From a virus (taxonomy: Duplodnaviria > Caudoviricetes), in the IMG/VR virus record IMGVR_UViG_3300022594_000001: a stretch of DNA of 64,000 nt; one strand, written 5' to 3'. The notes under the pieces were generated by a model. That model saw only the letters and a program-made list of their open reading frames with translations, had not been told where the DNA came from and searched no databases. Below, in pieces: positions 32,501 through 39,006 of the stretch. The translations under genes were made by a program, and so were the position numbers. How positions within the stretch are numbered: position 1 is the stretch's first letter; every line of letters begins with the position of its first letter.

Positions 32501-32578
32501 AACGTATCAGCAACAATGAACTTCACTGGCGGTATTAACGGGTTGCCAGTAGCAATGGACTTCTTACTTTTAGGATAA
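23579..32578 (+). CDS. Giant fibre/appendage protein (2999 aa) with the same scaffold as 17648 plus helical C-x-R-D repeats
   Basis: MAEFKLGRIRFIWK start, CBM-like repeats, six (C/E)xRD..Y..DAL.YD repeats, propeller-like repeats at about 30790-31480, and a C-terminus shared with 17648. Confidence 0.75.
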   Translation: MAEFKLGRIRFIWKNNWSTGVTYLKDDIVRYGGKTYLCVVGHTADADFYNDLDNVPTRWNQVSDGSEWKDNWTTNHYYKVNDLVKYGGRLYLCNTGHTSNASADSSTSPDITAGLEADQSKWDLYATSFDWKGNWTTGTRYKVDDVVRYGGISYVCNTGHHSASTANTDSDGLEADLSKWDTYAKGFDWIGNWSPNYRYKQNDVVLYGGTTYVCNTGHQSAATNALGLEADQGLWDYFHKGIVFLGNWTTGTRYKVNDIVKQGSDLWICVTNHTSSVFLTDQANWSLFVNGLEFENSWSNSTTYQPGDIVSYGGYAYVAVTNNLNKTPTSNLSDWNLFTTGFSFQGDWALSTSYLVGHVVRLNGYTYVSLLDHTADSVNLPPNQTYWSRLNSGVKWAATAQTFTNVSGTNVIGSGTGATFDVTLTNTKYSAVVHTGSAGSGYATNDTIKILGSSLGGVTPANDLILTVTASGGAVQTVVSTGFSVTWASGTSYVLGDSVAMGVNSYICILAHVGSSGNRPDNDTTGTYWNLISTGSISAILTTQGDTIYYGGAGPTRLPIGTDGQVLRVTNNTPAWSYFGVVNNVVYVANSGTDISGNGQGLTIDKPWKTVRYAAKQIEDGYLNPNAASLLAKNKQFIVKELNNYVQNTFKCTVSSASTTLFTCDSTAGLYVGMPISFTGTVGGVASGTTYYVFDIPGGTTFGISNTYGGGRRGLSTATGSMTGSYVYDQTRTERDSGIILDALVYDISHSGTYQTTQAALAYFTSSGSSYVSGVYAYDIGAFVNTLNYMKVLTANIINNQPPATNYQSSNGVLLANQAIQNIDYSLTTESGVATTISALVSIITTGLSAGTTSAIPAVINPGTTISVKTGTYSEILPIVVPRNTAVVGDELRSSVIQPATANINLTNDKPKTISVLTRMKSIIPTLLTNGTVTPTSGNTTAQAYVNGFSGSTTAVSRISANSTVIDTILSGGLGSVPSFTLTTPTGGTGNAYTAGYANAARLVYANKSFLQAEVTAYMALNYSSLWSSLGAGGQANCTRDIGYQVDALRYDLTYGGNLETVVTARSYYSNGTFVEASNEKTAALAVQTRLQAIISNIAQGIAITRTSGNVATQDVSGTGGSSAAGTQAVNRVQEVYNTINTGLTPTTIVPDTSWVSSDLLAAFNQIQATKSLIQAGAIAAINKQYPTLVYNTSTCSRDVGYIIDALCYDFMFNSNFRSAKAAMAYYRATSSAQIVINNQLSQTRYTNSYISTALQHLATGTVGDTGSTAAISSILTNAATMTRILNTGLSSLPTFTFTNPTGYNVGFLTGYGDGKAQIVQNYQFIKDEISAYLNTNYNSVWTALGAGGQANCQRDVGYLLDALQYDMTYGGNTQTLIAGSAYFSYGTLAIASTEKTATINAYGRLQTVINYIVTANTSWTKSTGNVTSQVTTGTAGSAGASTFAQARIGDIVSWITNGTAPSTVSPTAAIALASTALQNGYNALQTYKTEIQGDTVGWVNKFYQSMNFTSATCYRDAGYIVDALAYDLVFGTNFNSIKAGMAYYRATTSAQYVIANQLAAEIGSINFIAQKAKRIAAYGSAAQITTTIDDIILSIAGVVTPTATATAVGGNITVSSTSGLYVGMSVVASAALGGIANGFTYWVSSIVDSVTIQITNTYGSATPITLSNATGSIILTIGGLYESCGTNVYNNVLSTINGAEILRANKAFLSNEATAWVTQSYGGTATATTASNGRITTGSAHNLTVGDPVVFTGTTFGGVSVNTTYYVLTTPTTTAFTITTTQGSSTPVALSDATGTMTVRYSFSTSLCQRDMSTYVDALIYDVCYLGNYKSLRAATLYKNAVNGSLLSDMFYLRNGTGVRNMTLSGLTGTLTTANSYGTKRPTAGAYTSLDPGFGPTDSNVWITPRSPYVQNVTTFGTACVGCKIDGALHVGGNRSIVSNDFTQVLSDGIGVWCTGHNALTELVSVFSYYNYAGYLAELGGKIRATNGNNSYGTYGSLAEGVDTYEAPVTATINNRYYQAQITNVVTNGTDNIYRLEFQNAGSGYNTATYSLSGTGYNAIIDKPEFRDGAVYETRLTANGANYVSISNVAQGGNATSITIAATDQAISAAYIGMRVLITSGTGVGQTGYFLTYNSGTKAGTVAKESFNTINVTAAGSNLLTVANTATLYANMPIQFTGSILTGCTLTTGTTYYVIGSTITSTQFSVAAGSGGTTPLSVGTSSGGGPMTINAVGWDHMITGTSVVANLDLTTAYIIEPRLVYASPSFSATAGTITSAAYSDMVYGDTIATYNGSGSAGVAHTGGSGSNATFTVVRSGVAYTVTGNVAGTNYKYGDTLTIAGTLLGGTSPANDITITVNNVNASTGAVQNFTYTGTGVGGYFVTVTGGSTATQISSNGTTFAAGGVLTSSTLWNSVAYGNGRWVTISNLNGISNFTTDPTAAWTLGGTLPTTSAGWQAICYGNGAFMAIQTGSTNAAYSTNGVTWYATSALPANTAWTGVAYGNGVYVAVASGGTQAAISTDGLSWTSKTLPTTANWSSVTFGKGVFVAVATGSAITAYSKDGITWVQSVPGMPTSSTWSKVRYGNGVFAAITSGSGNVLASSENGKDWTAKTLATTQAWAAIAYGNPSSTPLWVCMGTSTTVSNYLTLGCTAQARAKVTNGAISEIRMVEPGSGYTSIPSLSIVDPNTTQSATIGIRTGVGALANPTFSNRGLQYATATATVLGNGYADMYQAGYYVNVAGLLSQPTAGSNIQIALNGNYYKLVQVSNYLGTQGNSQGGSSPYTARFQISPALTASNAPAHSTAVTMRIKYSQVRLTGHDFLSIGTGGTATTNYPNTPTQLPDVTKQTVGNGGGRVFYTATDQDGNFTVGTLFSVQQATGVASINADAFNLAGLNSLTLGSVALGGTGATITSFSTDQYFTANSDNIVPTQKAIKAYIASQIGGGSSALNVNTLTAGVIYIAGNSISTTTGVQINVSATMNFTGGINGLPVAMDFLLLG
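23981..24346 (+). repeat. Exact 27-bp direct repeat between CBM-like units
   Basis: TGGACTACTGGTACACGCTACAAAGTA at 23981-24007 and 24320-24346. Confidence 0.85.
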
Positions 32579-32590
32579 CGGAGAAAATAT

Positions 32591-32911
32591 ATGGCAACAG
32601 GAATTTTAGGATCAGCTAACTTAACAGCAGCAACAAATACGACACTTTATACATGTCCGACAACAACTTTTGCTGTAGTTACTGTATCAATTTGTAACAG
32701 AAGCAACAGCTCAATCACCGCAAGATTAGCTATGTCCGCGACAACATCGCCGGGTTTAGCTGAGTGGATCGAATACGACACAGAAATCCTTCCAAAAGGA
32801 GTGTTAGAACGTACAGGTTTGGTATTAGATGCGGGTAAAAACTTAGTAGTTTACGCCAGTACTGGTAATACATCAGCAATGGCGTACGGAATTGAAACTC
32901 CGACAGCATAA
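32591..32911 (+). CDS. Small beta-rich virion protein (paralog family)
   Basis: TTLYTCP...VSICN...IEYDTEILP..VLERTGLVLDAG motif, directly after a fibre gene ending DFLLLG. Confidence 0.65.
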   Translation: MATGILGSANLTAATNTTLYTCPTTTFAVVTVSICNRSNSSITARLAMSATTSPGLAEWIEYDTEILPKGVLERTGLVLDAGKNLVVYASTGNTSAMAYGIETPTA

Positions 32912-32935
32912 ATATACTGATAAAGGAATACTCAT

Positions 32936-33259
32936 ATGGGAAGATATATTACAACAACTGGCACCGCTGGTTCAGTAACACGATACAATGCAGGTTCAAA
33001 CTATCAAGCAATAGTTAACGATCGTATTATTTGTACAGCAGGTGGACAGACAATTACACTACCTGCAAGTGGTTCTAGTTTAGACGGTGATACAGTTCAA
33101 ATTATCGATGCATTTGGTAATGCATCTGGTAGTAACATTACTGTAGCTAGAAACGGTGCAAACATTCAAAACTTAGCGCAAGATATGACAATTAACGTTA
33201 ATAACGCTTGCGTTACATTGGTGTACACAACAGCACTTGGTTGGTTAATTACAAGATAA
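32936..33259 (+). CDS. Small fibre-related beta-sandwich protein
   Basis: ITLPAS...GDTVQIIDAFGN...NITVARNG.NIQ...DMTINVNNACVTLVY resembles a domain recurrent in T4-like proximal fibres. Confidence 0.6.
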   Translation: MGRYITTTGTAGSVTRYNAGSNYQAIVNDRIICTAGGQTITLPASGSSLDGDTVQIIDAFGNASGSNITVARNGANIQNLAQDMTINVNNACVTLVYTTALGWLITR

Positions 33260-33270
33260 GGTAAAAAGAC

Positions 33271-34026
33271 ATGTCAAACTTGCGCGATCTTTTGCCGACA
33301 CAAACTTATACGTCGAACTATACACAACAGCAACTCGCTATCTACAATACTAACATTCAAAACGTTACTAATGGTGGACAATGCTGCTGCTGGGTTGTTC
33401 CGGTAGGTGTAACGTGGGCAATTTTTGAATTATGGGGCGGTGGTGGCGACGGCGCTGGGTCTTGCTGCTGTATGGGCCCATACTGGGGTCCGGGTTCTGG
33501 CAATTATGTTAAGAAAACAATTTCAGTAACTGGTGGATGTTATTTCTGTATTTGTGCGGCAGGATCAGGTTGCTGTGCAGTTACATGTTGCGGACAATGT
33601 GGATACCCAAGTTGGGTTATCTGTGGAGCAAACGCTTCAATGGCAACCTGTGCAGGTGGCGGATTCATTGGCTGTACATTGTGCTTTAGATCATATCAAA
33701 CATGTACTGGTATTTGCGTACCAGCTTGTAGTTATGGTTGTACAGGAAGCGGTGACTACTATTACCCATCTACTAACTCTATTGCTAAAGAATCAAACTA
33801 CTGCTGGAGTAACATGTGGACAGGCCAACCAGGAAGTCCAAAATACGGCGGTACATTTAGAGTAGGTATGGAATACTGTACTACTCAGTTAACTCGTAAC
33901 GGTAACGACTTCTATCCATCTAGATGGCCAGCAGGTGCAGGTGCAAACTCACGTGCATGTGGCGGCGGATGCTGTTTTGGTGGTTGGGGTGCCGGTGGTT
34001 TAGTATTAATTACTTATGGAAAATAA
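33271..34026 (+). CDS. Cys/Gly-rich adhesin-like protein 1
   Basis: GGQCCCWVVPVGVTWAIFELWGGGGDGAGSCCC...GGWGAGGLVLITY. About 10% Cys, with polyglycine motifs. Confidence 0.6.
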   Translation: MSNLRDLLPTQTYTSNYTQQQLAIYNTNIQNVTNGGQCCCWVVPVGVTWAIFELWGGGGDGAGSCCCMGPYWGPGSGNYVKKTISVTGGCYFCICAAGSGCCAVTCCGQCGYPSWVICGANASMATCAGGGFIGCTLCFRSYQTCTGICVPACSYGCTGSGDYYYPSTNSIAKESNYCWSNMWTGQPGSPKYGGTFRVGMEYCTTQLTRNGNDFYPSRWPAGAGANSRACGGGCCFGGWGAGGLVLITYGK

Positions 34027-34039
34027 GAGGTAAAAAGAG

Positions 34040-34684
34040 ATGCCAGAAATTACTAGAATTGAAAAAACATTTACGTATGATATTGCAGATGCATATCTAT
34101 ACCAAACAAACAACTTGAAGAAAACTGCTGAATGGACTTATACAGGTCCTCAATTCATATGGATATTTGTTGATAACAGCACAAACAAAATTTCTAGTCG
34201 TTTCCACTACACTGAGAGAGACAATGGACACGATGTTCCAACTCCAGAAGGAATGACTAAGGTTATGATTGATGCTGACAAAGATCCAATTTTAGCTAGT
34301 TTAATCCATAGCGAATATACTTATGGTGATCTTCCACATACTGAAGAAATCCTCCCAGAGGGTGTTACATACGGTCACCCAGATCCTATTCCTCCAGATC
34401 ATACTTACGAATTAATTGATATCGAATATGATCCTGCAGCAGGTGAGTTTAAGAAACCGTACCCATGGAAGAAACCACACATGGATTGGGAGTCAATTAT
34501 TATTGCAAGAGACGATTTGTTAAAAGCAAGCGACCTAAAATATAACACTGCAAATGAAGCAGATAAACCGGCTTGGGAAGCATATCGTCAGAAATTAAGA
34601 GACTTGCCTACTACATTTGAAGGAATTGATCCTTGGAAAGTTCCATTCCCAGTTGAACCTGGCGTAGCACAAAACGCGGGGTAA
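34040..34684 (+). CDS. Tail fibre assembly chaperone-like protein 1
   Basis: C-terminal W....ARDDLLKASD...WEAYRQKLRDLP...PWKVPFP motif of phage tail assembly chaperones. Confidence 0.7.
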   Translation: MPEITRIEKTFTYDIADAYLYQTNNLKKTAEWTYTGPQFIWIFVDNSTNKISSRFHYTERDNGHDVPTPEGMTKVMIDADKDPILASLIHSEYTYGDLPHTEEILPEGVTYGHPDPIPPDHTYELIDIEYDPAAGEFKKPYPWKKPHMDWESIIIARDDLLKASDLKYNTANEADKPAWEAYRQKLRDLPTTFEGIDPWKVPFPVEPGVAQNAG

Positions 34685-34688
34685 TTAA

Positions 34689-35435
34689 ATGTCAGACTTA
34701 AGATCATTATTTCCAGATGCAAGATATAACATTGTTAACAACTCACCGGTTGTTAACACTTTATATGTTTATAACAATAACGAAGGTAACCAGAACGGCG
34801 GAAGATGCTGTTTATGGACTGTACCGGCTAACGTTACATGGGCAAAATTTGAAGTATGGGGTGGCGGTGGCGACGGCGGTGGAGCATGTTGCTGTCAACA
34901 ACCAGCAAAAGGTGGAGGTTCTGGATCTTACGCTCGCAAAACAATTCGCGTAGTTCCGGGTCAATCATATACATTATGTTCAGGCGGATCTGGCTGCTGT
35001 TCACAAAACAACTGCGGTACTAACGGATTCCCATCATATGCATGTGGCGGTGTAACATACGGTTTATGCTTATGTGCAGCGGGCGGCGAAGGTGGCGCAT
35101 CATGCTGCTGGGCTGCTATCGGTGGTAACTATCACTGCGGTACTAACATTTGCGGAAGTGCTTGTGGGTATGACTGGGCTATTTGCGGTGTGCAAGGTTC
35201 TGCTCACCAATCATGGTGCGGATATGATGCATGGCACTACTTACCATCGGGACCTGTTATTGGTAACGGACATCGTTTGTCAAGAACACACTGCGGTGAA
35301 TCATGGATGGGTTGCGATCTAGCAGGTGGCTGGTCAGCTTTCCCAGGCGGTGGTGGCGGTACAGCTATTTCCTATGGCGGATGCTGCTGGGGCGGCTGGG
35401 GCCAAGGCGGATTAGTAATGGTAACATATAGATAA
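34689..35435 (+). CDS. Cys/Gly-rich adhesin-like protein 2
   Basis: GGRCCLWTVPANVTWAKFEVWGGGGDGGGACCC. Paralog of 33271. Confidence 0.6.
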   Translation: MSDLRSLFPDARYNIVNNSPVVNTLYVYNNNEGNQNGGRCCLWTVPANVTWAKFEVWGGGGDGGGACCCQQPAKGGGSGSYARKTIRVVPGQSYTLCSGGSGCCSQNNCGTNGFPSYACGGVTYGLCLCAAGGEGGASCCWAAIGGNYHCGTNICGSACGYDWAICGVQGSAHQSWCGYDAWHYLPSGPVIGNGHRLSRTHCGESWMGCDLAGGWSAFPGGGGGTAISYGGCCWGGWGQGGLVMVTYR

Positions 35436-35444
35436 GGATAAAGA

Positions 35445-36200
35445 ATGTCTGATTTAAGATCATTAGCGTATACATTGTCGCTGCCAAACTCGACCAATTA
35501 TCCTACAGAATTTGTAGTGTTTAATGGTAGTGTTAATACCCCAGGTAATGGCGGAGCATGTTGTAACTTTGTAGTGCCAGCTGGCGCAACTTGGGTTACT
35601 TTTGAAGTTTGGGGTTCAGGTGGCGGCGGTGCTGGAGCATGTTGCTGTATGCAAGGTTGGCCAGGTGGGTCAGGAGCTTACACAGCAAAAACTGTTTGTT
35701 CTCCAACACTAGCAGGCTGCTCTTATACAATTTGTGCAGGCAGCACAACATCTATGAGCCCTGTTTGTTTCGGTTGCCCCGGTTATGACAGTTGGGTACA
35801 AGGTTATGGTTTAAGTAATTTCTGTGCAAAAGGCGGATCATACGGTGAAGTTCACTGTTTCCAATATTACGGTTGCTACACATGTAGTATTCCAAATCCA
35901 TATTGCTGCTGTGCATTCGGCGGAGATATTTGTATTCATGGTATGCAATCAACACAAACATCATCAACATGGTGTGCTCAGTATCCACAGCAATTAGCGT
36001 CATTAGCTCCATTAGCGCAGTCAGGTCCGCAAACTGGACCAGGTGGTTGCATTAACGGATCTGCAAACGGCTCTTGTACTGGTTGGTTCCCATGTACTGC
36101 TTTCCCAGGCGGTGGCGGACTAAGCGGTAATGCACACGGTGGTAACTGCTGGTGCGGAAGCTGGGGTGGCGGCGGCGCAGTTTCAGTAACATACGGTTAA
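35445..36200 (+). CDS. Cys/Gly-rich adhesin-like protein 3
   Basis: GGACCNFVVPAGATWVTFEVWGSGGGGAGACCC. Paralog of 33271 and 34689. Confidence 0.6.
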   Translation: MSDLRSLAYTLSLPNSTNYPTEFVVFNGSVNTPGNGGACCNFVVPAGATWVTFEVWGSGGGGAGACCCMQGWPGGSGAYTAKTVCSPTLAGCSYTICAGSTTSMSPVCFGCPGYDSWVQGYGLSNFCAKGGSYGEVHCFQYYGCYTCSIPNPYCCCAFGGDICIHGMQSTQTSSTWCAQYPQQLASLAPLAQSGPQTGPGGCINGSANGSCTGWFPCTAFPGGGGLSGNAHGGNCWCGSWGGGGAVSVTYG

Positions 36201-36213
36201 TCAGAGGTAAAAA

Positions 36214-37170
36214 ATGGCAGATAAAGAAAACAATATTGTAAGTGTACCGTTTACTTATGATTTACCTGATGATTATTTACATCAAACAAGTACATTGGGT
36301 AAAACAGGTGAATGGACGTATAACGGCCCAGATAAAATTTGGGTAATGGTAAACAAAGAAACAAATAGATACTCAGGACACTTTTATACAGAAGCAGAAG
36401 ATGGTGAACACTATCCTACACCTTTAGATAGAGTCAAAGTTTTTGTTGATTGTACAACAAATCCGTTATTGTGTTCCATTGTTGGACATGCTGACGAAGT
36501 ACGTGATTATTCACAATTACCTCAGTATGAAGAAACATTACCATGCGGAAATGTTTACAGTCGTCCAGAAACACCTACACCGGATCATACATATGACATC
36601 CATGCCGTAGAATACGATCCATCTACTGGTGATTTTAAGACGCCTTATCCATGGAAGGCTCCGCACATTTCTTGGGATGATATTCGCAATTATAGAAATC
36701 AGCGTTTACAAGCCCATGATCATAAAGCACCTGAAGATGCTCCACAAGCTGTAAAAGACATGTGGGAAGCGCACAGAGAGGCATTAAGAAACTTGCCACA
36801 AGTACATGGCGCAACTAATACACACATAGAAGTCGATTTAACTGCCGCTTCTCCTATTAACACCGTAGGACAAGCAGTTCTTAAATTAACGTCAGTTACT
36901 GGTATTAACGTTGGTGACGATGTTGGGGTTAAAGAATGGTTTGCAGATAATATTTTTGAAGATCATAGTCGAGTAGTATCTATTAATGCTGCTAATAAAA
37001 CGATTACATTAGATAAAGCACTAATTGCTACACCAACTGATGCAAATAAGGAATTAGCATTTAGTCCTTGCCCAGAAACTTCTCCTTGGAAAGTTCAACC
37101 AGTTGAAACACCGGACGAAGGGCGTACTAGACCTGTTATACCACCAGAAATAAAATTTAGAGCGTCATAA
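36214..37170 (+). CDS. Tail fibre assembly chaperone-like protein 2 with an inserted beta-module
   Basis: Paralog of 34040 (FTYD...EWTY.GP, PDHTY, PYPWK.PH, WEAHREALRNLP), with an extra segment of about 85 aa before PWKV. Confidence 0.65.
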   Translation: MADKENNIVSVPFTYDLPDDYLHQTSTLGKTGEWTYNGPDKIWVMVNKETNRYSGHFYTEAEDGEHYPTPLDRVKVFVDCTTNPLLCSIVGHADEVRDYSQLPQYEETLPCGNVYSRPETPTPDHTYDIHAVEYDPSTGDFKTPYPWKAPHISWDDIRNYRNQRLQAHDHKAPEDAPQAVKDMWEAHREALRNLPQVHGATNTHIEVDLTAASPINTVGQAVLKLTSVTGINVGDDVGVKEWFADNIFEDHSRVVSINAANKTITLDKALIATPTDANKELAFSPCPETSPWKVQPVETPDEGRTRPVIPPEIKFRAS

Positions 37171-37196
37171 AAAAAGCACCCTTAGGGTGCTTTTTT
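37170..37196. terminator. Bidirectional terminator between convergent units
   Basis: Perfect inverted repeat AAAAAAGCACCC-TTA-GGGTGCTTTTTT. Confidence 0.9.
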
Positions 37197-37197
37197 A

Positions 37198-38997
37198 TTA
37201 GTTAGCAATTTTAACTAGTTTGCCTAATTCAGGCACATACAAGTATTCAATATCACTCTTTGCAAGAGTATCTAATGCATCTTCTAACGTTTCAACAAGC
37301 GGATCACCACCTAAGTTAAAACTTGTATTAAAGATAATAGGTACGCCTGTACGCTTATAGAACGCATTGATTAAATCATGGTAGTGTTTGTTTTGCTCTT
37401 GTGTAACAGTTTGGATGCGACATGTGCCGTCTACGTGAATAATAGCAGGAATCTTTGTTTCGATACCTGGCTGGCAGTTAACAGCATACATCATATACGG
37501 ACTGTCTTTCATACCACGCAAATCAAACCATTCATGTACGTGTTCTTGTAGAATAGATCCAGCAAATGGACGGAAATATTCGCGACGCTTTACTAAGTTA
37601 ACAAAATCTTTACCGTCTTCGTATGTTGGATTAAACAAGATACTGCGATTACCTAATGCACGTGGACCATTTTCTGAACGTCCTTGATAGAAACAAACAA
37701 TATTTTTGTTCATTAACAAATCAACAACGTCTTCGTTAGTAGCATCAGTAATTTCTGCATTGTGTGATGCTGCAAACTTTGTAAGATCATCTGCGGTATA
37801 GTTATACTTAAACCCTAGATATAGTCCATCTTTACTATAATCGTTTGTGCTTAATGGCATCATGTCTTTCCAGAACATAAGTGCTGCACCGATAGCAGTA
37901 CCAGCATCATTGCTAATTGGCTCTACATAAATTTCAATGCCATCTTCTTTTAACCCATTTAGGTAAAAGTAGTTAGCAACACAGTTTAACCCATAACCTC
38001 CGCTAATGACAACCTTCTTTTGCCCAGTCATTTCACTAGCCTTGCGAATTAAGCGTAACACTTGTTCTTGTGTTTGTGTTTGGCAAGCATATGCTAAATC
38101 TCTACGATTTTCTAATGTGGTGATATCATCTGCATTTGAGTCTTGTAAGAATTCAAATAATCCTTGATTAATTTGAGCACCGTTGGGATATGTCGGAACA
38201 ACTAAGTTTCTGTTAGACAATGGTGCAATACCAGTTTCGTCAAACAGTTGAGGAATTGCAGGATTTTCTTTTCCATATGGAAATAATCCCATTGTTTTAC
38301 CTGCTTCAATGCTCGACCATCCACAGAATGTTGTAACGGCTTCGTAAATCTTTGTAATACCAGCACGATCAGTAATTAGTGCTTCGTGTGTTGAACCAGG
38401 TTCGTCATACATTGTGCTATCAAAATTACTAACTAGTGCTCCTGGGTTAGGGCCTCGTAAACCGATGTGTTTATATTTTGTTTTAAAATTAGCAGGATAT
38501 GAACAATCGTAAATACTTTCAGTTTCCCATCCAGTAACGTTCTCGCCGTTAATTACCAATGGCAAGAATGTGCCTGCACCATCGACAATTAGTGCTGCTG
38601 CTTCTTCAAATCCTGAGCGATAAAACGCACAAGCGGCATGTAATTTATGATGAACATGACTCAAGTCAACTACTTGTGGATGATCAAATGGATTTTGTCC
38701 ACGTTTAATCAACCCTAATTTTCTTGCAAGACCAGTGTAAACATCATCACCCGAAAAGTCAACTCGCCCAGCAGTGTCACTTAATTTCTGTGTATGTGCA
38801 ATAACCATGTAGTCTAGTCTATCAGTATAGTCTAGGATTTTTAACATAGCGGCGTATGGTCCGCCGTCATATTTGTGTCTACTAATGCGTTCTTCTTCGA
38901 TTGCAAAAACAACTTCTCCATTTTTAAGAAGACAAACACCACTATTGTGTCCCCTAGCTATGCCTGCAATCCAAATATCTTTGTTGTTATCTGACAT
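37198..38997 (-). CDS. Carbamoyltransferase, NodU/CmcH family
   Basis: Motifs GHNSGVCL..NGE...AIEEERISRHK, HHKLHAACAF, VDGAG, GKTMGL.PYG, SGGYGLNCVAN, NDAGTAIGAA, GPRALGNRSIL, KRREYFRPFA, HVDGTCRIQTV and NTSFN. Confidence 0.95.
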   Translation of the reverse strand: MSDNNKDIWIAGIARGHNSGVCLLKNGEVVFAIEEERISRHKYDGGPYAAMLKILDYTDRLDYMVIAHTQKLSDTAGRVDFSGDDVYTGLARKLGLIKRGQNPFDHPQVVDLSHVHHKLHAACAFYRSGFEEAAALIVDGAGTFLPLVINGENVTGWETESIYDCSYPANFKTKYKHIGLRGPNPGALVSNFDSTMYDEPGSTHEALITDRAGITKIYEAVTTFCGWSSIEAGKTMGLFPYGKENPAIPQLFDETGIAPLSNRNLVVPTYPNGAQINQGLFEFLQDSNADDITTLENRRDLAYACQTQTQEQVLRLIRKASEMTGQKKVVISGGYGLNCVANYFYLNGLKEDGIEIYVEPISNDAGTAIGAALMFWKDMMPLSTNDYSKDGLYLGFKYNYTADDLTKFAASHNAEITDATNEDVVDLLMNKNIVCFYQGRSENGPRALGNRSILFNPTYEDGKDFVNLVKRREYFRPFAGSILQEHVHEWFDLRGMKDSPYMMYAVNCQPGIETKIPAIIHVDGTCRIQTVTQEQNKHYHDLINAFYKRTGVPIIFNTSFNLGGDPLVETLEDALDTLAKSDIEYLYVPELGKLVKIAN

Positions 38998-39006
38998 GTT
39001 TTTCCT

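Noticed and set aside
33271-36200. Diversity-generating retroelement acting on the adhesin-like paralogs
   Set aside because: There is no reverse transcriptase in the window, and I saw no near-identical TR/VR pair differing only at adenines. The paralogs differ at all base types. An RT elsewhere in the genome cannot be excluded.
37198-38997. Host-derived island or prophage boundary at the carbamoyltransferase cassette
   Set aside because: There is no integrase, att-like repeat or transposase, and the cassette shares a terminator with phage genes, so it is treated as a resident phage module.
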